Source: Methanomethylovorans hollandica DSM 15978 (GTDB lineage: Archaea; Halobacteriota; Methanosarcinia; Methanosarcinales; Methanosarcinaceae). Taken from it: 64,000 nucleotides of DNA. The first letter of the stretch is position 1. Each line of letters begins with the position of its first letter. Positions 29,775 through 38,307 of this stretch are shown one piece after another. Both the position numbers and the translations under genes were made by a program. The stretch spans positions 124,001-188,000 of the forward strand of contig NC_019972.1 in NCBI RefSeq assembly GCF_000328665.1. Reading direction: 5' to 3'. The notes below the pieces were generated by a model. The model was not told the DNA's origin. It saw only the letters and a list, made by a program, of their open reading frames with translations, and made no database searches.

Positions 29775-32447
29775 ATGAGTAACTATACAAATAATTTCAG
29801 TATAAACTCCGTGAAAAGCAGTAAAATAGCAATATTAGTAGCTGCTTTAGTTATTTTTGCGGTTATGCCAGCATTAGTACAGGCAGCAGTTCCTGCAGAA
29901 CAGTGGAATAAGACATTTGGTGGAATCTTGGACGACAGTGCAAATTCAGTCCAGAAAACTTCGGATGGAGGATACATAATAGCAGGAACAACTTCTTCGT
30001 ATGGAGCCGGTGGATTTGATGCTTGGTTGATAAAAGTTGACAGTAGTGGTAACCAGATATGGAATAAGACATTTGGTGGGACCTTGGATGATAAAGCAAA
30101 TTCAGTCCAGAAGACTTCAGATGAAGGATACATAATAGCAGGAACAACTTCTTCGTATGGAGCCGGTGGATCTGATGCTTGGCTGATAAAAGTTGACAGT
30201 AGTGGTAACCAGTCATGGAATAAGACATTTGGTGGAACCTTGGATGACAGTGCAAATTCAGTCCAGAAGACTGCGGATGGGGGGTACATAATAGCAGCTA
30301 CGAACTCTTCCTACGACAGTATTATGGGTGCTGCTTGGTTGATCAAAGTTGATAGTAATGGTAACCAGCAGTGGAATAATACTTTTTTTAAAACTGATGA
30401 TAGTAACACCGATTATCAAGCGTCTTCCGTCAGTCAGACTTCAGAAGGAGGATACATCATAGCAGGTTGGGTTGAGATGCCAGCTGCTAATGATAATTTT
30501 TGGTTAAGCAAAGTTGATAGTAGTGGTAATCAGATATGGAGTAAGACTTATAATGGATTTGCAGGTGGTTATGATCAGGCACATTCAGTTCAGCAGACCT
30601 CTGAAGGAGGCTATATACTCGCAGGAGTTGCTGGGGGAGATATGGGAGATCCGGATGCTGCTTGGTTAGTAAAAACTGATAGCAATGGTAACATAACGTG
30701 GGATAAGAGATTTGGTGGAGGAAATGAGACTGATGTTTCTGGTTGTGCATATTCGGTCCAGCTGACAGGGGATGGGGGATACATAATAGCAGGGACGACT
30801 CGGTCGTACGGAGCCGGTTCCGAAGATAATGCTTGGTTGATCAAAGTTGATAGTAATGGTAACCAGCAGTGGAATAAGACTTTTGGTGAAACCTTAGATG
30901 ATAGTGCAAATTCCGTTCAGCAGACTTCGGATGGAGGATATATAATTGCAGGAGAGACCATGTCGTACGGAGCTGGTTCCGAAGATGCTTGGTTGATCAA
31001 AGTTGCACCTGATATATCTACAATTTCTTCTATGACTCCTACCCATGACAACAGGCTACGTCAGTCATCTCCGAACACTGTCCTTTCCAGTACTGCCTAT
31101 CTTGATATTGGGAAAAGTGCATATCGTTGCAGGGATGTGATGTTGTTTGATCTTAGCATGTACAATAATACGACAATATCTAAGGCAACCCTCTCGCTCT
31201 ACTGGTACTATCCTGCAGGTGCAACACGTACATCCGATACTGTAGTAGAGGTATACAGGCCAATGCAGTGGGATCCACAGTATGTTACCTGGAACTCCAG
31301 GATGTCTGGAACTCCGTGGGATACGGCAGGAGGGAACTGGTTCGATAAGAATGGTGTTGATCAGGGTACCACACCATATGCATCGGTGACATTCCCCGCG
31401 AGTGTAGTGCCTGATAACAGATATTATGAGTTTGATGTCACAGAACTTGTACAGGAATATGTAAGTGGTGATTATGACAACACTGGTTTCTTCCTCAAGG
31501 CAAAAACAGAGAGCAGTAATTACATAGCCTTCTACAGTTCGGATTGGTCCAACGCTGATCAGAGACCGAAATTGACCATAACTACAACATCGGTTACTGT
31601 GGATAATCCACCAGTTGCCGAAGCAGGTCCTAACCAGATTGCTACTACAGGCTCAGTAGTTACGTTCAATGGCAGTGCTTCAACTGATGATAAGGGCATA
31701 GTCTCATACTCATGGGACTTCGATGCTGCAGATGGTATAACCACTGAAGCAACCGAAGTGATGGTTACTAAAACCTACGCAACTGCAGGGAATTACACTG
31801 TGACACTCACTGTCACTGATAATGGTGGCCAAAACGATTCAGACACAATGCAGGCAGTTGTCGGTAGCCAGGTAACAACTATCGCTTATACACCAGAGTA
31901 TGATAACAGGCTACGTCAGTCATCTCCGAACACTGTCCTTTCCAGTACTGACTATCTTGATATTGGGAAAAGTGCATATCGTTGCAGGGATGTGATGTTG
32001 TTCGATCTTAGCATGTATAATAATACGACAATATCTAAGGCAACCCTCTCGCTCTACTGGTACTATCCTGCAGGTGCAACACGTACATCCGATACTGTAG
32101 TAGAGGTATACAGGCCAATGCAGTGGGATCCACAGTATGTTACCTGGAACTCCAGGATGTCTGGAACTCCGTGGGATACGGCAGGAGGGAACTGGTTCGA
32201 TAAGAATGGTGTTGATCAGGGTACCACACCATATGCATCGGTGACATTCCCTGCGAGTGTAGTGCCTGATAACAGATATTATGAGTTTGATGTCACAGAA
32301 CTTGTACAGGAATATGTAAGTGGTGATTATGACAACACTGGTTTCTTCCTCAAGGCAAAGGCAGAGGGCGGTAATTACATAGCCTTCTATAGCTCGGAGT
32401 GGCCAAACGTCGACCAGAGACCGAAGTTGACCATAACATCGTCCTGA
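29775..32447 (+). CDS. Secreted repeat beta-propeller protein with two DNRLRE domains and a PKD domain
   Basis: Signal peptide; ~52-aa repeats 'WNKTFGG..DD.ANSVQ.TSDGGYIIAG.T.SYGAG..DAWLIKVD..GN'; DNRLRE and PKD. Confidence 0.88.
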   Translation: MSNYTNNFSINSVKSSKIAILVAALVIFAVMPALVQAAVPAEQWNKTFGGILDDSANSVQKTSDGGYIIAGTTSSYGAGGFDAWLIKVDSSGNQIWNKTFGGTLDDKANSVQKTSDEGYIIAGTTSSYGAGGSDAWLIKVDSSGNQSWNKTFGGTLDDSANSVQKTADGGYIIAATNSSYDSIMGAAWLIKVDSNGNQQWNNTFFKTDDSNTDYQASSVSQTSEGGYIIAGWVEMPAANDNFWLSKVDSSGNQIWSKTYNGFAGGYDQAHSVQQTSEGGYILAGVAGGDMGDPDAAWLVKTDSNGNITWDKRFGGGNETDVSGCAYSVQLTGDGGYIIAGTTRSYGAGSEDNAWLIKVDSNGNQQWNKTFGETLDDSANSVQQTSDGGYIIAGETMSYGAGSEDAWLIKVAPDISTISSMTPTHDNRLRQSSPNTVLSSTAYLDIGKSAYRCRDVMLFDLSMYNNTTISKATLSLYWYYPAGATRTSDTVVEVYRPMQWDPQYVTWNSRMSGTPWDTAGGNWFDKNGVDQGTTPYASVTFPASVVPDNRYYEFDVTELVQEYVSGDYDNTGFFLKAKTESSNYIAFYSSDWSNADQRPKLTITTTSVTVDNPPVAEAGPNQIATTGSVVTFNGSASTDDKGIVSYSWDFDAADGITTEATEVMVTKTYATAGNYTVTLTVTDNGGQNDSDTMQAVVGSQVTTIAYTPEYDNRLRQSSPNTVLSSTDYLDIGKSAYRCRDVMLFDLSMYNNTTISKATLSLYWYYPAGATRTSDTVVEVYRPMQWDPQYVTWNSRMSGTPWDTAGGNWFDKNGVDQGTTPYASVTFPASVVPDNRYYEFDVTELVQEYVSGDYDNTGFFLKAKAEGGNYIAFYSSEWPNVDQRPKLTITSS
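29905..30300 (+). repeat. Intragenic 156-bp tandem repeats
   Basis: GGAATAAGACATTTGGTGG recurs at 29905, 30061 and 30217. Confidence 0.8.
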
Positions 32448-32563
32448 GGACGGAAGATACAAGCAGCCAGAAAAGCGGAACTATTGATTGGGAGCGAAAA
32501 TAATTCGCTTCACTTCATTTTTTAGTTCCACTTTATAACATTGAAGCAAGAAGACCACTGGTT

Positions 32564-32980
32564 TCAACCAGTGGATGAATTGCGACCTCTATTCGATGTT
32601 CCTTCAATGTATTTTTTAATCGTTTCTGCAGAGACATTTCCATGAGTTCCAATATAATAACTAGGTGACCACATGTGATTTCCCCAAAACTTTCTTCTAC
32701 GGAGCTGGGGGAATTTCTCAAATACTCTCTTGGCAGTTACACCTTTCATGACTTTAACAATGTCTGTGGGTGCTACAAACGGCGGTGCTGATAAGAAGAG
32801 ATGAATATGTTCTGGCATTACTTCCAGTTCGATCACAGTCCACTCTTTTGAATCGGCTATGGTTCTTATCTGGTCATCCATAAATTGTTTTACTTCGTCT
32901 GTCATCACCTGATTTCTGTATTTTGTACACCATACTATATGGTAGTTAATTTCATAGACTGCTGAACTGGAATATGTCAT
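32564..32980 (-). CDS. tnpA: IS200-type Y1 HUH transposase
   Basis: 'YHIVWCTKYR', 'EHIHLF', 'WSPSYY', 'IKKYI'. Confidence 0.95.
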   Translation of the reverse strand: MTYSSSAVYEINYHIVWCTKYRNQVMTDEVKQFMDDQIRTIADSKEWTVIELEVMPEHIHLFLSAPPFVAPTDIVKVMKGVTAKRVFEKFPQLRRRKFWGNHMWSPSYYIGTHGNVSAETIKKYIEGTSNRGRNSSTG

Positions 32981-33033
32981 ATTTACCTATAGGTGCAAAA
33001 CGTATATGAGCATTGTGAGCATATTAGTATGTA

Positions 33034-34179
33034 ATGCTGAAAACATACAAGTTCAGATTATATCCTACAACCCAGCAAGTGTTCGTTCTGAACAAAACAC
33101 TTGATGTATGTAGACATATCTATAATGAGTTTTTAGCAGACCGTCGAAATGCATACGATAGATGCAATCAAAGTCTGTCTACCATGGATCAGTTATATCA
33201 GGTCCAGTATCTTGAATTTGACACTGATGTGCATTCTCAGGTTAAACAAGATGTCATTAGACGGTTGGGTAAATCGTTTGATGCGTTTTTTAGAAGATGT
33301 AAAAAAGGGGAAACAAAACCAGGATATCCAAGGTTCCGGGGAAAAAATAGGTATAGCAGTTTCAGTTATCCACAATCTGGTTTCAAGATATCTGGAAAGA
33401 AACTGAAACTCTCGAAGATTGGTGATATCAAAATCGTTCTACATCGTAAAATAGAGGGAAAGATTAAAACTTGCTCTATTATAAAGGATGGAAAATCGTG
33501 GTATGCCTGTTTCTCTGTAGAAGTTAAACCTAAAAGATCAATTGAGCCTGCTAAATCTATTGGTGTTGATGTTGGGCTGAATGCTGTTGTCACATTAAGT
33601 GATGGTACAAAGATCGAAGCTCCCGGATACTATCGGAAAATAGAAGATAAGCTTAAAAGACAACAGCGTTCTCTTAGTCGCAAGAAATTATATTCCAATA
33701 ACTGGAAAAAGCAGTCCGATAAAGTATCTCATGCTCACAAAGTGATTTTCAATAAGAGGAGTGATTTTAACCACAAACTTAGCAGGATTCTTGTTGACAA
33801 CTATGACCTGGTGGTCTTTGAAGATTTGAATATCAGGAATATGGTCCAGAACTCTAAGTTGTCGAAGTCAATACATGATGCAGCATGGGGTAAACTAATT
33901 CAGTATACGATGTACAAAGCGGAAGAAGCTGGTAAGATCGTTGAGTTAGTTGCACCTCACAATACATCTCAAAACTGTAGTTCTTGTGGCATAAAAGTGA
34001 GTAAAACACTTGCTACACGAATACACAGATGTCCAAACTGTGGATTAGTGTTGGATAGAGATCATAACGCTGCTATTAATATTCTCAATTTAGCCGTAGG
34101 GACTACGGTAAAAGCCTGTGGAGTTGAGCCGTTAGGCTCAGCAATGAAACAGGAAGCCACCTGTTTCAACAGGTGGTAG
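33034..34179 (+). CDS. tnpB: RNA-guided endonuclease TnpB
   Basis: HTH 'KTYKFRLYP'; RuvC 'GVDVG', 'VFEDL', 'DRDHNAAIN'; Zn finger 'CSSCG…CPNCG'. Confidence 0.95.
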   Translation: MLKTYKFRLYPTTQQVFVLNKTLDVCRHIYNEFLADRRNAYDRCNQSLSTMDQLYQVQYLEFDTDVHSQVKQDVIRRLGKSFDAFFRRCKKGETKPGYPRFRGKNRYSSFSYPQSGFKISGKKLKLSKIGDIKIVLHRKIEGKIKTCSIIKDGKSWYACFSVEVKPKRSIEPAKSIGVDVGLNAVVTLSDGTKIEAPGYYRKIEDKLKRQQRSLSRKKLYSNNWKKQSDKVSHAHKVIFNKRSDFNHKLSRILVDNYDLVVFEDLNIRNMVQNSKLSKSIHDAAWGKLIQYTMYKAEEAGKIVELVAPHNTSQNCSSCGIKVSKTLATRIHRCPNCGLVLDRDHNAAINILNLAVGTTVKACGVEPLGSAMKQEATCFNRW

Positions 34180-34234
34180 TTCACATTTAACCAGATTTCT
34201 TGGCAGCGCATCTAAAACACTGTAAAATCACCTT

Positions 34235-34426
34235 TCAAGCCACAGCCACCCATTCCTGTGACAGCACTTCTGCCTGCATCAGCACTGTTCGAGTAGCTTT
34301 CTCCTGCTTGTCCGGTAACGTAGGATACGCTTCACAAGCACATGCATTTGTGCACGTACATTCTCACAAACGGTCCAGTGGAGTGGCTTCATTTAAGAGT
34401 TATTCGGTGAATGTACGCTCTGTCAT
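34235..34426 (-). pseudogene. hsdR: Collapsed type I R-M HsdR relic (N-terminus joined to the DUF3387-like C-terminus)
   Basis: MTERTFTE… then HWTVCENVRAQMHVLVKRILR/PDKQEKATRTVLMQAEVLSQEWVAVA*. Confidence 0.7.
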
Positions 34427-34554
34427 GTTCCTCCAGCTTCAGCCTCTTGCATTTCTTTTAGTGTTTTTCCTTTGTTATTCTTCCATTCGATAAGACCGTT
34501 AGCACTGCGCCCAAGATGGACGCCTGCAGCTGTGGAAGGTGAGGAAAAAGTATA
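34423..34554 (-). pseudogene. C-terminal fragment of a DUF4357 protein, truncated by the IS5 insertion
   Basis: [34 protein letters not shown]…; its stop overlaps the hsdR ATG (ATGA). Confidence 0.65.
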
Positions 34555-35610
34555 GAGAATTTCGATAAACCTTCTCTCTCCTTTATAACATCCTGCTAAA
34601 ATATAAATAATTGCTAAGTAAATTAATAATTATGGATGATTTAACTGATTTTGCTCTTAACGAAGAATACAAACGTCTTCAATCTGTTGGAGATAAGCTT
34701 GCTGAAATCGAATCATTGATTGACTGGAAACCATTTCGTCCCATTCTTGAATCGATGTATTCTAATAAAACAGCTTCAGGCGGATGGCCTGAAGATGACG
34801 TTATTGTGATGTTTAAAATGCTAGTACTACAACAATGGCATGGTCTTTCTGATGCTGAACTTGAGAGACAGTGCATCGATAGAATATCCTTCAGGAAATT
34901 TCTTTCATTTCCTGAATATGTACCAGACAGTACAACTGTCTGGTCATTCCGCAAGAGAATCATCGATAATGGAAAAGAAGAACAAATATGGACTGAAATG
35001 CAGAAGCAGCTTGATGCTCTTGGATTGAAGATCAAAAAAGGAATGATCCAGGATGCTACTTTTATCCATTCAACTCCAGGACATGCTAAAGCAGATGAAC
35101 CGAGAGGAAAAGAAGCAAAAACAAGAAGAAGTAAGGATGGAACCTGGACAAAGAAAGGCGGTAAATCCTTTTTTGGTTACAAGCTCCACACGATCATCGA
35201 TAAGGATCATGAATTGATCAGAAGATTCAAAACAACAACTGCATCGGTTCATGATTCTCAGATAGATCTCTCTGAGTTGAATGAAGTTGTGTACAGAGAT
35301 AGAGGATACTTCGGAGCAATTGCAAAAGGTTTTGCAGCAACCATGCAAAGAGCTGTGAGAGGACATCCATTAGAAATAGGTGATATCCTGAGGAACAAAA
35401 GGATCAGTATCCAAAGAGTTCCAGCAGAACGAGTATATTCTGTGGTCAAAGAAGTATTCAATGCAGGAAAAGTTCTTGTTACAACTGTGGAAAGAGTAAA
35501 TGTAAAGATGCTTATGACAGCTTTTTGCTTTAACTTACATCAACTGAAGACGCTCAAACATAAAAGAATTATTTAGGATAGCGGTAGCTATCCTAAAATC
35601 AAGGAAAAAA
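34555..35610 (+). mobile_element. IS5-family element, copy 1 (right end apparently deleted)
   Basis: Left end GAGAATTTCGATAAACC shared with copy 2; homology to copy 2 stops at the A-run near 35610. Confidence 0.8.
34632..35576 (+). CDS. IS5-family DDE transposase (intact ORF)
   Basis: 'LQQWHGLSD', 'PDSTTVWSFR', 'IQDATFI', 'FGYKLH', 'YRDRGY', 'R..AERVY'. Confidence 0.9.
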   Translation: MDDLTDFALNEEYKRLQSVGDKLAEIESLIDWKPFRPILESMYSNKTASGGWPEDDVIVMFKMLVLQQWHGLSDAELERQCIDRISFRKFLSFPEYVPDSTTVWSFRKRIIDNGKEEQIWTEMQKQLDALGLKIKKGMIQDATFIHSTPGHAKADEPRGKEAKTRRSKDGTWTKKGGKSFFGYKLHTIIDKDHELIRRFKTTTASVHDSQIDLSELNEVVYRDRGYFGAIAKGFAATMQRAVRGHPLEIGDILRNKRISIQRVPAERVYSVVKEVFNAGKVLVTTVERVNVKMLMTAFCFNLHQLKTLKHKRII

Positions 35611-35627
35611 CGTTAATTTTTCCAGTA

Positions 35628-36473
35628 TTGGTCGTTATTGTACTTGCAGGCTACTGGATGTTATCACCACTGCTGGTGGACGATTCTTACAATCAGACTA
35701 CTGTTGTGTCCCAGAACACCAAGGTTGTTACTTCTTCACTAGCTGCCACAGACAACAAGACCATCACTAATACTGGATATCAGGAAAACATGGAAACTTA
35801 CACCAATTCTATCGGTATGGAGTTCGTGCTCATCCCTTCAGGTGAGTTTGAGATGGGTTCAGATGATAGATATCCTGGTGAAATGCCCGTTCATGAAGTG
35901 ACCATCAAAAATGCCTACTACCTTGGCAAGTATGAAGTTACCCAAGAGCAGTGGGTTGAGATAATGGGTGATAACCCTTCGAAATTCGAAGGTGATAGTA
36001 ATCCCGTTGAGTGTGTGTCATGGGATGATGTGCAGGAATTTGTTAAGAAGCTGAACGCAAAGGAAGGTACTGACAAATACCGTCTCCCCACCGAAGCAGA
36101 GTGGGAGTACGCCTGCAGAGCAGGCACGGCCACGACTTATTCCTTTGGAGACGACGAATCAAAGTTGAGTGACTATGTCTGGTATTATGAAAATGCAGGG
36201 AGTAAAACTACTCATCCGGTGGGCCAAAAGAATCCGAATCCTTGGGGATTGTATGATATGCATGGAAATGTCTGGGAATGGTGTCAAGACAGATGGCATC
36301 ATTCTTACAACGGTGCTCCGACTGATGGTAGTGCTTGGGAAGCTGATGGTACATCCTCTCGGGTCATTCGCGGCGGCAGCTGGAACCGCCTTGTCGGGAG
36401 CTGCTATCGTTACGGATACGTCCAGGACAGCAGCATAAACGACCTCGGTTTCCGTATTGTTAGGGAAGTGTAG
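35628..36473 (+). CDS. Membrane-anchored FGE-sulfatase (CLec-fold) protein, probably 5'-truncated by the IS5-associated deletion
   Basis: TM helix at the start; 'RLPTEAEWEYACRAG', 'NPWGLYDMHGNVWEWC', 'RGGSW', 'LGFRIV'. Confidence 0.8.
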   Translation: MVVIVLAGYWMLSPLLVDDSYNQTTVVSQNTKVVTSSLAATDNKTITNTGYQENMETYTNSIGMEFVLIPSGEFEMGSDDRYPGEMPVHEVTIKNAYYLGKYEVTQEQWVEIMGDNPSKFEGDSNPVECVSWDDVQEFVKKLNAKEGTDKYRLPTEAEWEYACRAGTATTYSFGDDESKLSDYVWYYENAGSKTTHPVGQKNPNPWGLYDMHGNVWEWCQDRWHHSYNGAPTDGSAWEADGTSSRVIRGGSWNRLVGSCYRYGYVQDSSINDLGFRIVREV

Positions 36474-36607
36474 CTACTTAAGGCCTTACAACCTTGCGAT
36501 TTTATTGCAAGATCCTGTACGAGAAAGAAACGCGGTGTGCAAGATGCACTGGAAAATACAGGAACTTTGCATAAACTTACAAATTTAAAAATTTGCAAAT
36601 TGACTCT

Positions 36608-36790
36608 ATGCTAAATAATCCACAAGTGGTAGGTAATATCTGGCGAATGATAGAAGACAGCTGCTCTTCTGTAGCTACTACAGTTTATAGAGGTCTCACT
36701 AAGATATACTGGAACATTGTAAAACCTATTCATGAGGAGATACTTATGTGAGCGCGAGCCGAGTATTGAAAAGAGCTTCTCTTATTAATG
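36608..36790 (+). pseudogene. YhcG/DUF1016 N-terminal relic
   Basis: …IWRMIEDSCSSVATTVYRGLTKIYWNIVKPIHEEILM*ARAEY*KELL, resembling 'LYW.IG..I.EEIL..ERAEYGK' with two in-frame stops. Confidence 0.6.
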
Positions 36791-36917
36791 ATAAGAGAAT
36801 TGAGTTGGACACCTTTTCTGGATCTAATTCCGATGTTTTTCTAATTAACACAAATGTATTTATGCCAATGCCTGATATAACGACACATGACAAATTTGCT
36901 AAACGGGGGAATCTATA

Positions 36918-37151
36918 GTGCGATTAGCAAATAATATACGAAAACGTGAAAAAAGAGAGACTAAAGACATTGCGAGAATCGCAAAAAAAGCCTCCAGCAA
37001 TGCGATAAGGAATGCATTTAGCCATGGAAGATCGGTAACAGTTCAACAAGGCAAAAAGATAGTTAAACTGTATCCAAACGGACATACTGAAGTCATTATG
37101 ACAATCGAGAATATATCAGTAATGCCGGAAAAAAGGCGATACCAGCTATGA
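36918..37151 (+). CDS. Small basic protein, putative antitoxin partner of the zeta-like ATPase
   Basis: 77 aa; ATGA overlap with the downstream gene. Confidence 0.6.
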   Translation: MRLANNIRKREKRETKDIARIAKKASSNAIRNAFSHGRSVTVQQGKKIVKLYPNGHTEVIMTIENISVMPEKRRYQL

Positions 37152-37861
37152 AACGTATGAGAGTATTTGCAGGACCAAATGGGTCAGGCAAAACAACGTT
37201 GGTTAGCCAGTTTATCAAAGAAAGACCTAAACTGATTAATCCACATCACCATATTAATCCTGATGATCTTAATTCCATTGATGTACTTGATTTTGATAAA
37301 TTTGGGTTAAAAGTTGATGAGAACGATTTTCGGGATTTCGTCTTCCACTCCCCCTTTTTTGACCATAGTAGCATTGACATCAAAGATATCAAAATCGAAG
37401 ACAACTGTTTTAATGTAATTAACAAAAATTCCTATACTGGTGCACTGCTAGCTGATTTTCTAAGACATTGCTTCATAAAAACAGATGAACCATTGTTTTC
37501 ATATGAAACGGTATTGTCACACCCATCTAAAGTAGATTTCCTTGAAACTGCAAAGAACAATGGATGGTTAGTATATTTATATTTTATAAGCACGGTAGAT
37601 TTCCATATTAATTGCGATCGTGTGAAAGAAAGAGCATTGGGTGGAAAACATGACGTTCCTCCTGAGAAAATCCAAAGTAGGTATCCACGGTCACTTGATA
37701 ATCTATTCATGGCTTTGCCACATTGCAGAAGGGCATATATTTTTGACAATTCAAGTGAGATGCGGTTGATAGCTGAGAAAAAGCCAGACAATTCATTAAT
37801 ATTAAATGAAGACAAAATTCCAAAATGGCTATACGAATATGTTCTATCAAAAATTGAATGA
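37148..37861 (+). CDS. Zeta-toxin-like P-loop kinase/ATPase
   Basis: 'AGPNGSGKTT', 'INPD', 'ETVLSH', 'RV..R..GG.H.VP', 'FDNS'. Confidence 0.8.
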   Translation: MKRMRVFAGPNGSGKTTLVSQFIKERPKLINPHHHINPDDLNSIDVLDFDKFGLKVDENDFRDFVFHSPFFDHSSIDIKDIKIEDNCFNVINKNSYTGALLADFLRHCFIKTDEPLFSYETVLSHPSKVDFLETAKNNGWLVYLYFISTVDFHINCDRVKERALGGKHDVPPEKIQSRYPRSLDNLFMALPHCRRAYIFDNSSEMRLIAEKKPDNSLILNEDKIPKWLYEYVLSKIE

Positions 37862-38307
37862 TTTATGTCCGGAAAAGTCTCTGCATGTTTACGGATGATT
37901 TCTATAAAAACCCATTTTTAACCTATCATTTATAAATAGTAAGGACAATTTTCAAATACCGGATTTTTCGAAATCTTCTATATTATTAGGCATACAACTG
38001 TGTGTATATTTAACGACTTCAGTTGAAGACTAAACTGCTTCTTCTGCCCAATTGATAAGAGGTTTTCAAAATTTAATTTTTGGGTATGTGAATGCAAACA
38101 TTAGCATTTAATAATATATTAATGAGTTAAAAACTTTTTAGATATGTATATATACTAGACGCATTCCATTATAAAATATAACATGAAGATGTTAAAGTTT
38201 TTGAACATACAATATACTTTCACACCTTGATGTAGTCTAAATTGGAAGTAGGAGTTGGGGATAGGGTAACTCTAAATTTTCTATTGATTGTGTAGCTGGT
38301 GGTACAA

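Larger units (their letters stand above)
32537..34184 (+). mobile_element. Complete IS200/IS605-family element (divergent tnpA and tnpB)
   Basis: Left-end hairpin CCACTGGTT-TC-AACCAGTGG (32555-32574) preceded by TTTAT (32532-32536); right-end hairpin CCACCTGTT-TC-AACAGGTGG (34157-34176) ending TTCAC. Confidence 0.88.

Noticed and set aside
34200..34493. 97-aa plus-strand ORF (and the similar 105-aa ORF at 43670-43987)
   Set aside because: Their shared similarity is explained by HsdR relics on the opposite strand
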